40,563 nt of DNA, from positions 1 to 40,563 of the forward strand of contig JALJEE010002988.1 of the NCBI GenBank assembly GCA_023231475.1. The letters run 5' to 3'. Origin of the DNA: Seison nebaliae (lineage: Eukaryota). The translations under genes were made by a program, and so were the position numbers. Position 1 is the stretch's first letter; each line of letters starts with the position of its first letter. Positions 23,095 through 35,095 of the stretch are shown here, one piece after another. The notes beneath the pieces are model-generated. The model worked only from the letters and a program-made list of their open reading frames with translations. It had not been told where the DNA came from and did no database searches.

Positions 23095-23917
23095 AAAGCG
23101 GGAAAGGAATTTGAAATATTGGAAAAAGTAATATCTGAAAAGTAAATTTGAAGAAAATTTCAAAATGAAAATATTTATATTGAGAAAGTGACAGGTGAAA
23201 TATTTCCTTAATCCACCACCAAAGAAAAATTCATTCTCTTTCTCGCTCCAAATAATTTGTAGGAGGAATTTGAAAGAAGAAACTTTTTAAATGAGATGAG
23301 AGAAGCAATGTAAAATATGGAGAGACTCTATAAACATCCATTCCAAATGATATGCAAACGAATACGGCTGACATTAATGCGGACTTTAGGAAGACTCTAT
23401 CACCTCCGTGGACTATTGTCATCATATTTTCATTTGATTGTTGATATGATGATGTTACGAATTCAATCATATATCCCACTTGTTTCATACGTATCACTTT
23501 TATCATCTTAAAGATTAGCATATTTACAGTGGTTTTATTCTAATACACATTCTCATCGTCCCATATCATTATTTTGTTATTCTACTGTTATACTGCTAAA
23601 CCAACACTCTTCCTGACCTTTAACAAATCTTCGTTCTCCTCCAAATTTATTCATTCCTTCACAAATTTTCTCCAAACTATATATATATATTATATTTATG
23701 AAAAGTTTCAAGACCATTTAAAAATATGAATTATTATCAATAATTCCTTGGAGAAAAAAAAATTTCTTTTATTCTTTTTAAAAGTTTCGTATCTTTCAAC
23801 ATTTTATTTATCACATTCGAAGTATTAGAGAGAAGTAGAATTAATATTTTAATAAAAATAAAAAAAAATTTAAAGGAATGTTTGGAAATTTAAATTATTT
23901 AATTTCATAAAATGGAA

Positions 23918-25100
23918 CTATTCGTTTCCGGTATCGAACATAGTACATCTGTTATCGTTCTTATCTGACAGTAACTGAGATTGTGGCACCGAAGATATAT
24001 TAGACTTGTATACCAGTGATGGAAGTTCACAATCAATTTTTGGTAAATTCGATAGATTTGTAAGACACGCATTTTTGGAATTATTATCAAATGAATTATT
24101 ATTATTGACTCTGTCATCAGCTTTATATAAATCTTTTGTCTTGGCTTCATGGTATACGTTATCACGCTCACAATGGTTATATTTTCGATTTTCAGTTCTC
24201 CTATTTTTTTTTAGAGAACATTCGTCAAATGCAAAATAGGAATTATTTTGTCGTCTTCTTCTTTCCGCGTGTGAATAAACCGACACTATTGGTAATACGG
24301 AAAATTCGGGAGGACACCATCCATTAAAAACCTTCTGTATAATAATATGAATTGGCTGTGATTTGAAATTGTCGATGAAATCGATAAATAAATCTGAATC
24401 TAATTCCTCTTGATTATTAAAAATTTCGAGCAACTTATCTGTATCAGCTCCAACCATTTCATCTAATCTCAAACTCTTTGAAAAATTGATTGACTCTTCT
24501 AGTGCTTCTTGATGACTCTTCATCGAGATCTAATATTGCTCAATAGTAATATAAAAAGTAAAGAAATGTTGAAGAAACCTCAATATTATCTAAAAGTTTC
24601 AATATTTTTTCTATGTTGTTTTTTGATGGATCTTCAATATCAACATCCATACTGGAAATTTTTTTTCTATCTCGGGTGACATAGGGTGGTAGAGGATCTT
24701 TACCAATATCCTTTTTTTGTAGTTCATATTTCTCAGTTAAAATCTCAAAACATTTATACCAAAGTCTGACTAAAAAGGTATTTCAAAAATTAATTGAAAT
24801 ATTGAAAAAGTGAAACATTCGTCATTAATACTTTTTTGTTTCTTGTATCGACTTCTAATGGAAATTAAATGTTCGTACAATATTTCTTCTCTGCTGTAAA
24901 AGAATACTGAAATTTTATTTGAATGGAAGAAAGATAAACGTGATTTTACGAGGAAAATTATTAGATTTACATTTGCTCGTTTTTGGGTAATAGCGGAATT
25001 CTCCAAAAAAGTTGTTGAAAACATCATCCAACATATCAAACAACATATCCTCATTAAGATCATCCAGCAAAAATTCTTTTAAACCTCCCCATAAAAGCAT
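23918..25100 (-). CDS. Hypothetical protein, at least 4 exons (5' end uncertain)
   Basis: Frames join via introns 24894-24939 (GTTTAT…CAG), 24770-24816 (GTTTCA…TAG) and 24530-24578 (GTTTCT…TAG). No family recognised. Confidence 0.6.
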
Positions 25101-25993
25101 TATTAACAAATGTTCGTTATCTATAGACTTGAATCTTCTCTAACGTTTTTCTTTAACCACTAACAGAAAGAGAGGTTAAATATATATTAATCAAAGATGA
25201 CGTGTATAACTGAAATTTGCATCTTCTCCTCCTAAAGCTCAGTCAATATCTTCATAAAATTGCACAAATAATTCACCGTATATATACTTTATATATATAT
25301 ATATATATTTATTGTTGTATACATATATAATGCAATTTGTTCGCAGTAAAATTTCCATTTTTCAACAGTTCAACTGTCCATTCATAAACGTCATTTATAA
25401 TATTTCGTTCATTGATAACTAAAATAAAATTTTTTATTAACTGTTAATATAATTTCAGAATTTTATTAAAAATTATTTTTTCTTAATTCATTTTTTTATT
25501 TTTTTATGATTCTTAAAAATTTTTAACTAATAATAATAAATCCTTTCTATGAAAATGTTGATCGAAAAAATGTTTAATAGTAAAAATTTTACAAAGTAAG
25601 TTTAGTGCACTGAAATTAAAATTTTAGATTTTAATCGATATCCAATTAGTATTCGTAACAATACAAATTGTATTATACAATCAATGTGTAAATTGTTAAA
25701 TTATCATGAAATGGAACAATGGGAACGGTAAAAGATGGTTAATACGTATAATAAATTATTGAGTATGATAACTATAAAATAATTTATTTATTACAATAAA
25801 ATAATTGGTATTTTGAAAAAATTGTTAAGAAGAATAAAAAGTAATCAGAACAAATAATTAGTAGAGTTTCATATAATCATCGACAGATGTTTACATACTC
25901 ATTCAAATCAAACATTTTTCTAATATCAATTTAATCATTTGGAGAAGACAAGTTGAGGTGTTAAGTAGTAAGAAAGATTTGTTCGTTTGGAGG

Positions 25994-28405
25994 ATGTCTC
26001 TGTTAGATTTCTTGTTTTCTAAGCAGAAGCGTAGAAGTAGTAAAATAATTGGAAGAACCCGTAAAATAATGGATGAAAAAAAGAAGAAGAAAAATGATAA
26101 TTTGGTATTTCATTGGTTCTATTTAGAAACGACTAACGGAACTAATCCGATCAGTAAGAATGCAAAACAATATTGGTGTCCCTTCGCTATTAATGATTCG
26201 AATCGGTTAGAAAAAGCTTATCGTCTTCTTCAACGTTATCGAATGGAAAAGAATGTAAAGAAGAAATCGAAGAAACTTCCACAAGACAATAAACCATTAC
26301 ACGTCTCTCAATCAGTTCATCATTTATCCACAATGGATACGACAGATGAATTTTATAAATTACCAGAGGGTGTGAGATGGAGTGAGAAGAAGAATGATTT
26401 GATTGCATCAGTTGTTGGTGGTTTGTATGATGTGTGGATAGATGCTCGAGAACGTCATCCGATTTATTGGAAATGGTCCGATTTAGCGAATCATCGACCA
26501 TTTCCTTATGAATCGGTTTGTCCAAAAAAAATGACGGAAAGTATGAAGGAATCGGAAAGATATATGAATGTGAATAATTCAAAAATTCAATCGATGTATA
26601 ATGAAGATTTGATGGATATAGAATCAGCATCATTCAACATTTCACACGAACAACAATCATCGAAAGTGGAGGATAAGAAAAATAGACAACTTTCAAGAGA
26701 GAATAGTAAAAATGTGAAAGATGAAGAAAAGAATAAGAATAATATCGAATTGTTAACAGCTTCGGTAGTTCGACGTGGTTCGTGGTATCATCGGAGACAT
26801 ACAGATCGATTATGGTCACCATATACGGAAGAGTTGGCTGAACGATTTGAATTACTTTATCAGGATTGTGTGAACATGAATCGATGGAATAATCGAATGA
26901 ATCTTTCTAACGGCGATTCCATTGTTTTACATTCTCCTAATCAAATGAATCATTATATCACATTATTTTCACGATCTGCCCATCGACAGAATGCGGAAGG
27001 ATGTGATATGCCTTCACAATTTTCAGCTGATACATTCCAAGGAGAATTTCTTGCATATCGTCAAATGTCGAGGAATATCAATCATATCATGGAAAATTCG
27101 ACGGATATGTCCAAATTAATAATGAACGATTGTTATGAGAAACCGATTGATCATTTAATTTTCGTTGTTCATGGAATTGGTGAAGGATGTGATATTCGTT
27201 TTCGATCACTCGTCGAATGTACGGAAGATATGAGATTGTGTACAAATGAATTAATAAAAAATTTCACTTTCAATAATGAAGAATCGATTTCTGGAAGAAT
27301 TGAATATATTCCAATTCATTGGCATCAACAATTGCACAAGAATGATGATCATCATCGAAATAGTAAAGATAAGAAAGAATCGATAGATAAACGTTTAGCA
27401 CGTTGCACATTACCAAGTATTCCATTCCTTCGTGATTATACTAATCATACACTCATCGATATTCTCTTCTATATGAATCCAATATATTCTCATCAAATCA
27501 TTCTTCACGTCATCAAAGAAATGAATCGTCTTTATATGCTCTTCAAACGACGTCATAGTTCGTTCAAGGGACGAATTCATATTGTTGGTCATTCGTTAGG
27601 ATCCATCATCACATTCGATGTCCTCACACTTCAACATCTTAAACATCCGAACGATATTGCTGATATATCTATGTTTAATGTTCTCAAGAATGTCGCACTC
27701 TTCGGTATGGACATCGAAAATAACAAAAATTTAATTTTGAAATTTAAACCATTCTCCTTCATTGCTATGGGCAGTCCGATTGCACTCTTTCTTTCACTTC
27801 GAGGACTCACTAACATCTCCCAATCTCAGACTCTTCCAACATGTAAACATATTTACAATATATTCCATCCGTTCGATCCCGTCGCTTATCGAATCGAACC
27901 ATTAATCGTAAAAGAATTCCAACATATTCCACCCATACAATTGAATGACGAACATGGAGGAAAGAAATTACATCGCGAATTCATGAAAGTGACAGAAGAA
28001 GTGAAAAATCGAATAACTAACTGGCGACTGAAGAGTCTTCCAAACATCTCACAAACTAATACGAATGTTAATGAGGATAACAAATATTTTACTTGGAAGT
28101 TAAACGAAGGCAATCGAATCGATTATTCTCTACAAGAATCAACTATCGAATATATGAATGAATATCTGTTTGCAGTACAATCTCATGGATGTTATTGGCA
28201 ATCAGCGGATATGTTAATTTTCATGATAAAACAAATCTATCATCATTATGAAAATAGTTCTCTTACTCTCATCTACGACAAATCGAAGAATAATCAACAA
28301 ACTACTATATCTTCCTATCTTCCTAATTTGACGAGTTTAGATCCATTTTTCGGTTATTTTCGCTCAATCAACAATTTCTGGGGATATGAAAAGAAAACTG
28401 AATAA
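25994..28405 (+). CDS. DDHD-domain intracellular phospholipase A1 (DDHD2/SEC23IP family), intronless
   Basis: HWFY…WCPF..NDS.RLE, V.GGLYDV….RER.PIYW, VRRGSWY, DHLIFVVHGIG, lipase GHSLG, MGSPIALF, NIFHPFDPVAYRIEP, RIDY.LQE, SHGCYWQSAD. Start is the first in-frame ATG. Confidence 0.92.
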   Translation: MSLLDFLFSKQKRRSSKIIGRTRKIMDEKKKKKNDNLVFHWFYLETTNGTNPISKNAKQYWCPFAINDSNRLEKAYRLLQRYRMEKNVKKKSKKLPQDNKPLHVSQSVHHLSTMDTTDEFYKLPEGVRWSEKKNDLIASVVGGLYDVWIDARERHPIYWKWSDLANHRPFPYESVCPKKMTESMKESERYMNVNNSKIQSMYNEDLMDIESASFNISHEQQSSKVEDKKNRQLSRENSKNVKDEEKNKNNIELLTASVVRRGSWYHRRHTDRLWSPYTEELAERFELLYQDCVNMNRWNNRMNLSNGDSIVLHSPNQMNHYITLFSRSAHRQNAEGCDMPSQFSADTFQGEFLAYRQMSRNINHIMENSTDMSKLIMNDCYEKPIDHLIFVVHGIGEGCDIRFRSLVECTEDMRLCTNELIKNFTFNNEESISGRIEYIPIHWHQQLHKNDDHHRNSKDKKESIDKRLARCTLPSIPFLRDYTNHTLIDILFYMNPIYSHQIILHVIKEMNRLYMLFKRRHSSFKGRIHIVGHSLGSIITFDVLTLQHLKHPNDIADISMFNVLKNVALFGMDIENNKNLILKFKPFSFIAMGSPIALFLSLRGLTNISQSQTLPTCKHIYNIFHPFDPVAYRIEPLIVKEFQHIPPIQLNDEHGGKKLHREFMKVTEEVKNRITNWRLKSLPNISQTNTNVNEDNKYFTWKLNEGNRIDYSLQESTIEYMNEYLFAVQSHGCYWQSADMLIFMIKQIYHHYENSSLTLIYDKSKNNQQTTISSYLPNLTSLDPFFGYFRSINNFWGYEKKTE

Positions 28406-28771
28406 AAAAAATTTTGAATATACTCCGTCGTTTTATTTTTTCATTCCAATTTATTTCACAGTGTTCTGATATGAATAAAGATTTATTCCTCTTTTAATGT
28501 CTTTAAATTTAAAATATCGATTATCTCATAAAATTATTTTGGTTTCTGAAAGAAATTTAGTTTTAGTCGAAGTAGTAAAAAATCCGAAACAATCTGAATC
28601 AAATCGAATTTCAATTACTTTTTTTAGATTTCAATTCAATTTCTTAGGGTCCAATTGCCTATAAATTAAAAAATTTGGTAGGTCGTGTTATTTTGTTTAG
28701 TTTTATTTTTGTTTTTTACTTTTTATTTTTTTAGTTTTTTTCTTATTAGAATTTTATTTTAATTTTGTAGG

Positions 28772-29336
28772 ATGCCCAGTAATAATTTAGCTAATTTCGC
28801 TTCTCAAGCAGCCAATTTGGGTTCCTATTTATTGACATCTCACTAGTTTAACGTTTGTTATTAAGCCAATGATGCTGTAGATCAAGCAACCGCAGCAGCT
28901 CATAATGCTACTCAGAACTTCGCTCGTAATGCCCAAAATGGAGCTCAAAGTTCATCTTATTCAATATATTTAAAAACTATTGAAATTTCTTATAGGTCGA
29001 GCAAGAAGTCATAGTCAACATCGACAAAATGCAAGCAACTTACGTCAAAACGCCCAAAATGCAGCTGAAGCTGCCGATGACGCTAACAATAGAGCTAGTC
29101 TCGGTGAACGTGCTATGGGTCAGGGACAGGCATTATTAAGTCAAGCTCAGGATGGTATGCAAAACGCTTTTGGGGGAGCTCAAGGCAATGCTGGAAATGC
29201 TTTAAATAACGCAATGGACAACGCTCAGAATCAAGCAGCTGGAATGCTTAACAACGCACAGAATCAGGCTGCCAACGCATTCAATAACGCCCAAAATCAA
29301 GCCGGAAGACAAAATAACAATGGTCAGAATAATTAA
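28772..29336 (+). CDS. 157-aa Asn/Gln/Ala-rich protein with 11-mer repeats (LEA-like), 3 exons
   Basis: ATG 28772; introns 28821-28865 (GTTCCT…AAG) and 28950-28995 (GTTCAT…TAG) keep the frame; relatively GC-rich exons; TATA-like CTATAAA at ~28659; AATAAA at ~29411. Confidence 0.8.
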
Positions 29337-29726
29337 ACCAAGTCCATTATCAGCCCAACATACTTTTGTTTTAAGCACACAGCTTTCAAAATCTTTTAAA
29401 ACAAAACTTAAATAAAATTATGATAAGATTAATTTTATATGTTTAAATACTACATATCGTTAAATATATAACTATACCATATTCAAAAAACATAAAAAAT
29501 TGATAGAATCATCACCTGATTGTCCATCTGACTCATTTTACAATACATGAATGAATAGCCTCATTTTTTCATTTTTTCATGTTGGATCTGATATTCTGAA
29601 AGGTTCTGAAAGAACTAACATTAATAAGATCCACATAGTCAAGAACCACGATCTAGTTGGGAAGAGTATCAATTACAAACCCTTGGACAAATTAAACTAA
29701 TTTAAAATTAGAAATGATAGAGCAAA

Positions 29727-30990
29727 TTATTATTATTATTTATTTGTTAAAATTTCCGTCGGAATAAACATGAAAAAAGGGAAAAAAATATTATGTTCCT
29801 CGGTGTCAATAAGTTGCCGTAATTGATCGGGGAAATCGCGTTCGATTTGTAGTGAGGAAGTAGAATCGTATGTAGAAATATAGTATCTGAAATCGGGATC
29901 TTGCTCTGGAATCTTTCACGAATGGAATGATCTTGAAGATAAAAGAAATGGAAGAGAACTGACGTTGAGAAAAAATCGAATTTGCGAGATCTACTATCAC
30001 AAGAGAAGGTATGAATGTTGTACTAGCCGGATATAATTGTGATCGAAACCATGTGCCTTCATTCCGTTAAGAGTCAGGACTGCTTCGAACGTTTCCCGAG
30101 GAGTGAAAAAATCGAAATGGACATGTAGTTTGGAACAATCATATTGTTCAACTGTACTATGATACATATACGAGCTGAAGTACTTCCTGGATGGGAGACA
30201 TCGTGAAGTTGGAGGAGGAATTGGCGTTAACTTCCATATATTAGAAGGATTTGAAGAAAGACAGGTAGTGTTCAATTTATCGTGAAAGTGATCTCTAATG
30301 CACTTTCTCACCAAGCGACGAATAATTCTAACTGACTCTAAATGAGACGCCTTATTGGATTGAGAAGGATTGTGCCGATAGTTCTTAAAACACAGCGAAT
30401 CACGACGTTTGAGATGCGAGATAGAGGAAAAATTGAAAATTGGAGAGCGCGAGAAACGTCGTCGATGGAGAGCTATGGAGGACGAACGATTTGCCACTAG
30501 AGATAGCTGTTGTGTGAGGGAGAGAGATGAGTTCATTAAAGTGAGATAGACATCGAAAAGATGATCAGATAGTGAAGATAGGAAATAATCATCAATTGTT
30601 TCGCAGACAACTGCGGAAGTACTAATGTCACTAATGATGAAGTTGTAGTCAATGAAATGGGAACGGGTTGATGAGAGAAATTGAAAAATGCGATTGGTAG
30701 CGGATGGAGGTTTCTTGACATCAAAATTGAAGTCCCCTCCAATTACAAAGTCGGTCGATTGCTTCATCAAGATAGTCTCTGAGAAAGAAGAGGAAAACCT
30801 TGAGTGATCATTAGGATGGAGATAAACATTGAAGCATAAGATATCGTGTATAGTGAAACAGACTACGCCATTAAATGAGAGGAAGGAATGTTTCGACGTC
30901 CATTACAGTCATCGAGATTGGACGATCCTGATATGTCGGGAGGAGAATTATGTCAGCAATTCTAGTCGAAGATGAAATATTCCATGATAT
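29727..30990 (-). mobile_element. Internally deleted non-LTR retrotransposon (APE endonuclease and linker, 3' end with (AAT)n tail)
   Basis: FVIGGDFNF, IDY, LSDH endonuclease motifs, KAHGFDH pre-RT motif; RT core missing; 3' end AATAAATAATAATAATAAT. Confidence 0.75.
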
Positions 30991-31299
30991 CCTATGTATT
31001 TTGTGGCCAAATGTTAGGTTAACATATAGTTAACGTTTTCGTTAATATAAGAGATGTTTTCGCTAGGATCATTACACATATAACAAGCAAACAAACATCC
31101 TCATACAATTTAATAAATTTAATTTATACATGTTGATGTACAAAATTGCTGTACGAAATTGCTGTACGTAATTCAAACACTAGCTACTAACCTGTTTAAT
31201 TTTAATTGAAAAGGAAGAAATTATAGAGCGATTATGTCTAATTTGAATAATTGAATATAATTGTTTGAAAGAAGGTTATTATTATTCTGGTTATCATAT

Positions 31300-31510
31300 T
31301 CATTCACATCAATAGAAATCCCTGTCGTAAATTTTCTTATCATTACTGAAGAGAACTTCGATTTATATATCTTTTGTGATTATGTCGCTTTAAATATTTT
31401 CAGGCTTCTTTCCTTCTAGACAGTTGTCTCACAACAGTAGTATACTATTTTTTATAACGCACACTTCCTACGTTTTCGCATTCACGAATTGCTCTATCAT
31501 ACGAAAATAC
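31300..31510 (-). mobile_element. Highly decayed Tc1-like transposase remnant
   Basis: DRAIRECENVGS, TTVVRQL and VLFSNDKK resemble the other Tc1 copies and the FSDEKK motif. Confidence 0.4.
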
Positions 31511-31955
31511 ACTTATATGTATGAGGTGTCATTTTTTTTCATTTAATGTACCGTGAAATAACAAGGTGAATCATAAATATAATTTTATTTAAATATTATG
31601 AAAATTGAGACAATATTTATTCCTCAAAAAACCATTTTGTGCAGCGATTAGAAATATGAAACAATATTTAATCATCAAAAATTATGAGTGGACCCATATT
31701 AATCAGATTCGCCTTATTTGATTTACACGCATACATAGTGTCAAAATGTTTGATAAATATTAATATTGAAGATATTATATCATTAGTACGATTAAATCGT
31801 AAATTCACATCTAATGCCTAGAAATATGCTTTATATTACATAAATATTAAAAATAAAATCGATTTAACTCATAAATTAAAAATTAAGATAACACTGAAAT
31901 AATTTAGAAGTATGGAATTATGTACATATGTATGTCATCATAAATTAAATATCTT

Positions 31956-32297
31956 ATTCTGGTTTGTAGTATAAGAAGGATTTCCAGTTAAATTGACATG
32001 AGAGAAACTTTAAAAAAAAATATAATCAATTCCCTTACGTTAGTGAATTAATTTCGTATGTTAAGTAATCCGATAGTTAATGTTGAACAAACTATTTAAT
32101 TTCTCATTCGTTGAAAAAATCAATAACTTCTTGACAACTAACGTCTAAATATTAATAATTTTTCAATGTTCAGATATCAGATATTGAATTAATGATCATA
32201 TCAATGTAAAAAGATTGTGCATAACATAAGTATTGTATGTATGAAAAATCAGTTGTTTACAATTTGAATTAAAATAATATGAAATTTTTTGTTGATT
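31956..32297 (+). repeat. Copy 1 of a ~340-bp direct duplication
   Basis: Near-identical to 33736-34101 (starts ATTCTGGTTTGTAGTATAAGAAGG, ends TTTTTGTTGATT). Confidence 0.95.
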
Positions 32298-33254
32298 CAA
32301 CTAATGTTCAATGCTATGTCTTGTTTTCAAAATTGTTATAAGAAATTATCAAAAGATGATGAATCATTCGATTTCTATCCAAATGAACAAAATGCAATTT
32401 TATCTCAGAATACAATTATGAATAAATCGACCAATAGTCAATTGACGAGACTTCTCAACAAATGATGTTTTTGATTCGACGGATTTGAGACATCCGGATC
32501 GATGGACGAAATTTTCTTTAGACAACAAAATAAATACGATACGTTCCACTCGTCTCATATCATTCAGTCAAGAATGTCATCCTCGATCTATTGGATGCGA
32601 CATATTTCCAAACGGGATCTCGTCTTAATCGTCCGAGGAAGAAGAATCGTAAACGACGTGCTTATAGTCGTCCATCGAAAAGGAATATGAAGAATGCACG
32701 TCTCGATCGATTACCATCAACAACGACAGTGACCAAGTTAAAAAACAGAAAAATGGAGAAATTGTTATCACCATCATCCATTATACCACCGATATATTAT
32801 CGTTCATCATCTCCTTCTCCACCTCCTCTACAGATAAGAGTGTACTATTATTATTTGTAGGTCACTATGGTTAATTTTGAATTGAAATAATCCAATGTGA
32901 TCGATATAGAAAAGAAATGTTTTCAATAATTATTTCCTACAGTTAATTAATCGATAATTAGTATGGATTTCGGACAAATCTCTTATATTAACATAAATGA
33001 AACGATACGTAATATTCGATGAAGAAGGTAAAATATTGAAACCTTAACCGGTTATTATTATTGAAGTGGTACTTTTTATAAATGAAGTTGAATGGACAGC
33101 AAGTAAGTTTTAGGAATCATGTGTCAAATGTTTTCTATGGATTCTATGAGTACTACTTATATTCAATGATTTATTTTATTGAATTATGATTATTATTTAC
33201 TTGTGCAGTGTTGTCTTATGTTAAATTCTCAAATGATTTTATTCCTTCATTTCG

Positions 33255-33655
33255 ATGAGCAATGTAGTTCTAGTGGAACAGTCGTCTGCATCCAGTTCAT
33301 TTAAAATATTTCTCACTTTTTCTTTATTTGATAATCCAAACAGGCTATTCTTATGATACATATGGTTATGACTATAATTATGATTATGGGGAGAATAATG
33401 ATAATGAAAAAATGATAACCTCTTCCTTCATCTCACCATATAAAGAAGATAAAGTTGAGTGGTCGAAGGAGAATGAATTTGAAAGAATTGAATTCTCTCC
33501 AGTAAAGGCCAAGGAGTTGGAGAGTTCCATTTCCTAATTCATAGATTATTTTCATTTGTTGCCGAACAGAAATGAACGAAAAAAATTTGATAAGAACTTT
33601 AGGAGAAAAACGATTGGGTTTATTCCGCATAATTTGCTCTTTAAAAAACAATTAG
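33255..33655 (+). CDS. Possible small spliced orphan gene with Tyr/Asp-rich stretch
   Basis: MSNVVLVEQSSAS|SYSYDTYGYDYNYDYG… joined by introns 33295-33343 (GTTCAT…CAG) and 33524-33569 (GTTCCA…CAG) that fit the local intron pattern; 3' end uncertain. Confidence 0.45.
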
Positions 33656-33735
33656 AATTCTGGCAATCCAAACTAAGCGAGTTGGAAGACAACGTTTTTC
33701 ATTTTAATGTCAACGATAATTCTAAGAAATAGATA

Positions 33736-34101
33736 ATTCTGGTTTGTAGTATAAGAAGGATTTCCAGTTAAATTGACATGAAAGAAACTTTAAAAAAAAA
33801 TATAATCAATTCCCTTACGTTAGTGAATTAATTTCGTATGTTAAGTAATACGATAGTTAATGTTGAACAAACTATTTAATTTCTCATTCGTTGAAAAAAT
33901 CAATAACTTCTTGACAACTAGCGTAGCTTTAAACTACGTAGTTTAGTTTGAAATATTAATAATTTTTCAGTGTTCAGGTATCAGATATTGAATTGATGAT
34001 CATATCATTGTAGAAAGATTGTGCATAACATAAGTATTGTATGTATGAAAAATCAGTTGTTTACAATTTGAATTAAAATAATATGAAAATTTTTGTTGAT
34101 T
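33736..34101 (+). repeat. Copy 2 of the direct duplication, with a ~24-bp palindrome-containing insertion
   Basis: Matches 31956-32297 apart from a few substitutions and extra sequence at ~33921-33950. Confidence 0.95.
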
Positions 34102-34991
34102 GAACATTAATACGGTGATTGTTTATTCCAGAAGAATTATATAAGAATTACCTACACATAGAACATAAGAATTCGAGGAAAAAGGAACACATTGAATGTT
34201 TTAAAATTCAACCGTTTTATTTCTTGGACTAATTCGAGTCAAGTTCGTGGACAAAAGTAATGCTCGACATATGTGATCTTAAATATTCTGTTGATAAACA
34301 TTGTTTCACTATAATGTTGAGAGATAAACTTCCAAAGAAGAATTTAATAATAATTTCGATTATTGTTTACATTGAACATGACGGTGACAGTTGGTAAAAT
34401 TTATGTGAGAGATAAAATACTCCCAAAGAAACAGGTTCACTGTCGATGTCAAAATTTTTTTTCTACGTTCATATCGAAAAATGAACGAAAAGAGGTAAGT
34501 TGTCCTATTGTTATTTATTATTCAACAGTTTAATTTTCCAATTTGAACGTTTCCTTACAATCTCCTTATAAAATGTTGAAGGTGGACAAAATTTATAAGA
34601 GTATGTGAAAACATAAAACACATATTTTATTCTTCTTACATTCAAAATCTTGGAATTATAAGTCCTTGTAGAATTTGAGTGAATCCTTTACTACTTTACG
34701 ATGAGATCAAACAAAGATCGAAAGAATTTCTCAACAATTCACAAATTTCCACTCAATTGAGAAATTTTCAAGTTTGTGTTAAATTTTTTTTGAAACGGAA
34801 ACTTCTCAATTATGTTTCTCAAATGAGTTAATGCAAAGTTTTAATGACGTTATTTTTAATAAGTTCACTAAAATAAGTTAAAGGACCTATAATATAATTT
34901 TAATTTCCTAATTCTTCTTAATTTTATTAGAAAAAATGAATTGGTTTAAACTATTAATTAAATCGAATGAATGACCATTTTTTTCAATTTC

Positions 34992-35095
34992 TCGACTATA
35001 GGTCCTATAGTCGAATTAGAAATTTTTGATTAATTTTTCGAATCGCTCCTATACTATAGGAGCGATTTGCTTGAAAGCGAATTAGAAATTTTTTT
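34992..35095. repeat. Pair of near-perfect palindromes with a shared downstream direct repeat
   Basis: TCGACTATAGG-T-CCTATAGTCGA (34992-35014) and AATCGCTCCTATA-C-TATAGGAGCGATT (35041-35067); CGAATTAGAAATTTTT occurs after each. Confidence 0.85.

Noticed and set aside
23231..23521. 96-aa ORF upstream of PAH
   Set aside because: No recognisable motif or convincing splice structure; likely PAH upstream sequence.
25280..25310. (TA)n microsatellite
   Set aside because: Ordinary simple repeat in AT-rich intergenic DNA.
32317..32860. Coding-like stretch with basic and Pro/Ser-rich ORFs
   Set aside because: Frames could not be joined with plausible introns, so it is not called as a gene.
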